The notes under the pieces are model-generated. The model was given only the letters and a program-made list of their open reading frames with translations, was not told the origin of the DNA and searched no databases. This document shows, in pieces, positions 15,357 through 17,847 of a stretch of DNA of 17,847 nucleotides. Origin of the DNA: Chthoniobacteraceae bacterium (GTDB lineage: Bacteria > Verrucomicrobiota > Verrucomicrobiia > Chthoniobacterales > Chthoniobacteraceae). The stretch's first letter is position 1. Each line of letters starts with the position of its first letter. The translations under genes and the position numbers were made by a program. The DNA is taken from NCBI GenBank assembly GCA_031409655.1, contig JANNXQ010000142.1:1-17847 (forward strand), in the 5' to 3' direction.

Positions 15357-15430
15357 GAAAATTTTTTTCGGAGATTCGGTAACGTTTCGCGAAAGACCGT
15401 TGAGAACAGCGGTGAACCACCTTCTTCATC
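15357..15430 (+). promoter_or_regulatory. Putative ECF-sigma promoter, copy 4: A/T tract, GTAACGTTTCG (15379-15389), N7, CCGTTGAGAAC (15397-15407)
   Basis: Same two boxes and the same 18-nt start-to-start spacing. As with copy 1, it follows a WD40 gene stop and precedes a secreted protein. Confidence 0.7.
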
Positions 15431-17847
15431 GTGCGAACCATCCACCGTCTCCTCGTCCTCTCCATTTTCCTCCTCGCGGGAGTCGCCCGCGCGCAGGACA
15501 TCAATGCTACCGTCGCGCCCAATATCGGCGGGAGCGACAACTTCGTGGATATTCCAAATACCACCGGCGGGCGTCTTCACTTTTTCACCAATCCGTCGCC
15601 CTCGGCTGCGAGGATGGCAAAGGTGTCCGGGGGAACCAGCGTAGCCGAGTGGCCGACCGTGGGAACTTTCGCTCCCGATCCGAACAATTCCTTCAATCGC
15701 ATCTTCCCGACCGAGACCCTGCGCGTCTATCCGAAGACCCTGGCGGCCGGCTCGACGATCCTGATCGAGTTCAGCTACACGCCGGTTGGCACCCGCTACT
15801 ACTATCGCGTGCTGGTGACCGCGGGTGTCCAGGTGACCTCGATCGTGACTCTGGACCCCTCGCCGACGGCGGAAGTCTCCGTGCGGTGGCGGGTGACCTT
15901 TGACACCCCGGTGAGCAATGTGACGGCGAATAACTTTGCCTTCAGTAGCGGCAGTAGCGGTGTGAGCGGCGTCTCCATCACGAGCGTGGTGCCGGACACG
16001 GCGCAGCCGAGCTCCTCGTGGACGGTGACCGCCAACACCGGCAGCTACCTCGGCCTGCTCTATCTCAACTGGGCAGGCCAACGCACGGAGTCGCCCCCGG
16101 TGGCCAACACCTTCACGGGTTTTCCCTACACCTTCCAGTCTGCGCCATTCTTCGATCTGAATCTCGGGCCGGTAACCATCAACCGCTCCAGCACGGTGAC
16201 GCTGAATGTCCATGCCACCATGCGGAACGGCGCCACCGTCTATTACCAGTGGTATATCGGCACCTGGTTCGACACGAACCCCGTCGCGATCCCGGGCGCG
16301 ACCGGCACCAGCTACACACCGCCCGTATTCAATACGACCGGGACTTTTAATTACCATTGCATCGCCCACGCCACGCCCCTCAACCCCGCGAACAGCCTTC
16401 AGAAAAGTGCGACGGCCATCATCACCGTGGTCGATCCGCCAAACATCACGACTTCTCCGGCGAGCCAGACGATTCCCTACAACCAAACCGCCACCCTCTC
16501 CGTCGCGGCCACTGGGACGGCTCTGAAGTATCAGTGGTTCCAGGTCTCGGGGAGCGGGCCGGACATCCCCGTCGGGATCGATTCGCCGACCTACACCACG
16601 CCGGCACTGACGGCGGATGCGCAATACTATGTGCGGGTGAGCAATGCCGGCCCCACCGTGCGGACGAGTGCGGTGGCCACCATCTCCGTGCTCGAGCCGC
16701 CGAGCCTCGTGGTGACCCTCCTCGGGGATGTGGTGAACAACCGCGACCGGCAGACGAGCTTGAGGGAAGCGGTCGCTTACGCGCAGACGCTGGGCGGGCA
16801 GCAGACGGTCACTTTCGCGCCGGGCCTCGCGGGGCAGACGGTGACGGTCGTCAATGGCTGGAACGGGGCGGGCGACGACACCGCGCTGCGCATCGCCGGC
16901 AATGTGACCATCGACGGCGGCACGGGGGTGACGATCCAGCTCGCCTCGCCCACGCCGCGCCGCATCTTCATCAGCGGCGGCGGAACATTCACCCTGCGCA
17001 ATCTCACGCTGAGCGGCGGCGACATCCGCATGGTGAGCAGTGGCGGCGCGCTGTGGAGCACCGGCACCGTCAACATCCAGAACGTGCGCTTCACCAACAA
17101 CCGGGCCGACCATGGCGGCGCAATTTACAACCTCGGCACGATGACGATCAGCGGATCGTCGTTCGACAACAACGCCACCGCCGCGAACGGGCAGGGCGGC
17201 GCAATCTGGAGCAACGGCACCCTCGGCATCAGCAGCACGCTTTTCTCCCTAAACACCGCGGGACAGCTCGGAGGAGCGATCGCCTCGTTTAATGGACTGA
17301 CCGTCACCGATTCGACCTTCAGCGGCAACCAGTCCGCCTTCAACGGCGGGGCACTGCGGCTCGACGGCACTGCGGTCATCGCGGGCTCGACCTTTTCCAA
17401 CAACACCGCCGTCAACGGTGGCGGCGCGCTCATCAGCCACGGTCAGACGACGATCACCAATTCGACCATCGCCTACAACACCGCGCTCGACGGCGGCGGT
17501 GCGCAGTTTTTCGAAGGCACCGCCAGTCTGCGTCACGTGACCTTCGCCAACAACGGGGCCACCCGCGCGGGCGGCGGCATGGCGGTGAACTCCGCGAATG
17601 TGACGATGACCAACACCATCGTCGCCGCCAACTCCGCGCCGGATCAGAACAACCTCTGGGGCGGGCCGCTGAACGCCGCGTCGTCCAACAATCTGCTCAA
17701 TCTCAACGCCGCCCAGGCCGGGCTCGGCGCATTCGCCTTCAATGGCGGGCCGACCGCGACCGTCGCGCTGCTGGCCGGTTCGCCCGCCATCAACGCGGGC
17801 ACGAACATCGCCGGGATCACCTCCGACCAGCGCGGCGTCCTGCGTCC
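15431..17847 (+). CDS. 3'-truncated secreted protein (>805 aa): signal peptide, unassigned N-terminal region, Ig-like domains, CSLREA-like/choice-of-anchor-Q beta-helix unit
   Basis: Absent from the ORF track because there is no stop in the window. Manual translation from GTG 15431 gives MRTIHRLLVLSIFLLAGVARA|QDINAT...; Ig-like VYYQWY..AIPGATGTSYT and PNITTSPASQTI..ATLSVAATG..LKYQWF..YYVRVSN; QTSLREAVAYA; GGAI repeats; NGGPTATVALLAGSPAINAG..TSDQRGVLR at the window edge, in the same frame. Confidence 0.9.
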   Translation, partial: MRTIHRLLVLSIFLLAGVARAQDINATVAPNIGGSDNFVDIPNTTGGRLHFFTNPSPSAARMAKVSGGTSVAEWPTVGTFAPDPNNSFNRIFPTETLRVYPKTLAAGSTILIEFSYTPVGTRYYYRVLVTAGVQVTSIVTLDPSPTAEVSVRWRVTFDTPVSNVTANNFAFSSGSSGVSGVSITSVVPDTAQPSSSWTVTANTGSYLGLLYLNWAGQRTESPPVANTFTGFPYTFQSAPFFDLNLGPVTINRSSTVTLNVHATMRNGATVYYQWYIGTWFDTNPVAIPGATGTSYTPPVFNTTGTFNYHCIAHATPLNPANSLQKSATAIITVVDPPNITTSPASQTIPYNQTATLSVAATGTALKYQWFQVSGSGPDIPVGIDSPTYTTPALTADAQYYVRVSNAGPTVRTSAVATISVLEPPSLVVTLLGDVVNNRDRQTSLREAVAYAQTLGGQQTVTFAPGLAGQTVTVVNGWNGAGDDTALRIAGNVTIDGGTGVTIQLASPTPRRIFISGGGTFTLRNLTLSGGDIRMVSSGGALWSTGTVNIQNVRFTNNRADHGGAIYNLGTMTISGSSFDNNATAANGQGGAIWSNGTLGISSTLFSLNTAGQLGGAIASFNGLTVTDSTFSGNQSAFNGGALRLDGTAVIAGSTFSNNTAVNGGGALISHGQTTITNSTIAYNTALDGGGAQFFEGTASLRHVTFANNGATRAGGGMAVNSANVTMTNTIVAANSAPDQNNLWGGPLNAASSNNLLNLNAAQAGLGAFAFNGGPTATVALLAGSPAINAGTNIAGITSDQRGVLR

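Noticed and set aside
15354..15371. CCGGAAAATTTTTTTCGG as an intrinsic terminator
   Set aside because: The stem is weak and AT-rich with no following U tract. It sits where the A/T tract lies in the other promoter copies.
15400..15903. 167-aa + strand ORF from the track
   Set aside because: Wrong frame. The frame starting at GTG 15431 gives a signal peptide and recognisable Ig and beta-helix domains through to the window end.
1269..17113. Long minus-strand and alternative-frame ORFs (e.g. 1269-2858, 9588-11036, 12722-13801, 15299-17113)
   Set aside because: They are Arg/Ala/Pro-rich shadow ORFs expected in high-GC DNA. They overlap well-supported + strand genes and show no recognisable domains.

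Overview
GC-rich bacterial DNA, most likely Verrucomicrobiota (inferred from the PEP-CTERM gene, RFYR/RFAR-type C-termini and ECF-kinase pairing). All credible genes are on the + strand. In order: the 3' part of a WD40 protein paralogous to the kinase downstream (<1-1525); a ~1607-aa secreted CSLREA/choice-of-anchor-Q beta-helix protein (1584-6407); a P-domain-like PEP-CTERM protein (6427-7185); a second secreted beta-helix protein (7290-10907); an ECF sigma factor (10978-11739); a membrane Ser/Thr kinase with WD40 propellers (11790-15344); and a third secreted Ig/beta-helix protein missing from the ORF track (15431->17847). The main hidden structure is a fixed-spacing bipartite motif, G(T/A)AA(G/C)GTT(T/G)CG-N7-CCG(G/T)T(A/G)AGAAC. 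It occurs four times, in front of all three surface-protein genes and the kinase, but not in front of the sigma gene. A decayed relic of a WD40-kinase 3' end lies in front of the second surface gene. Together these suggest a tandemly amplified 'ECF sigma / WD40 receptor kinase / promoter / modular adhesin' cassette with domain-shuffled outputs.
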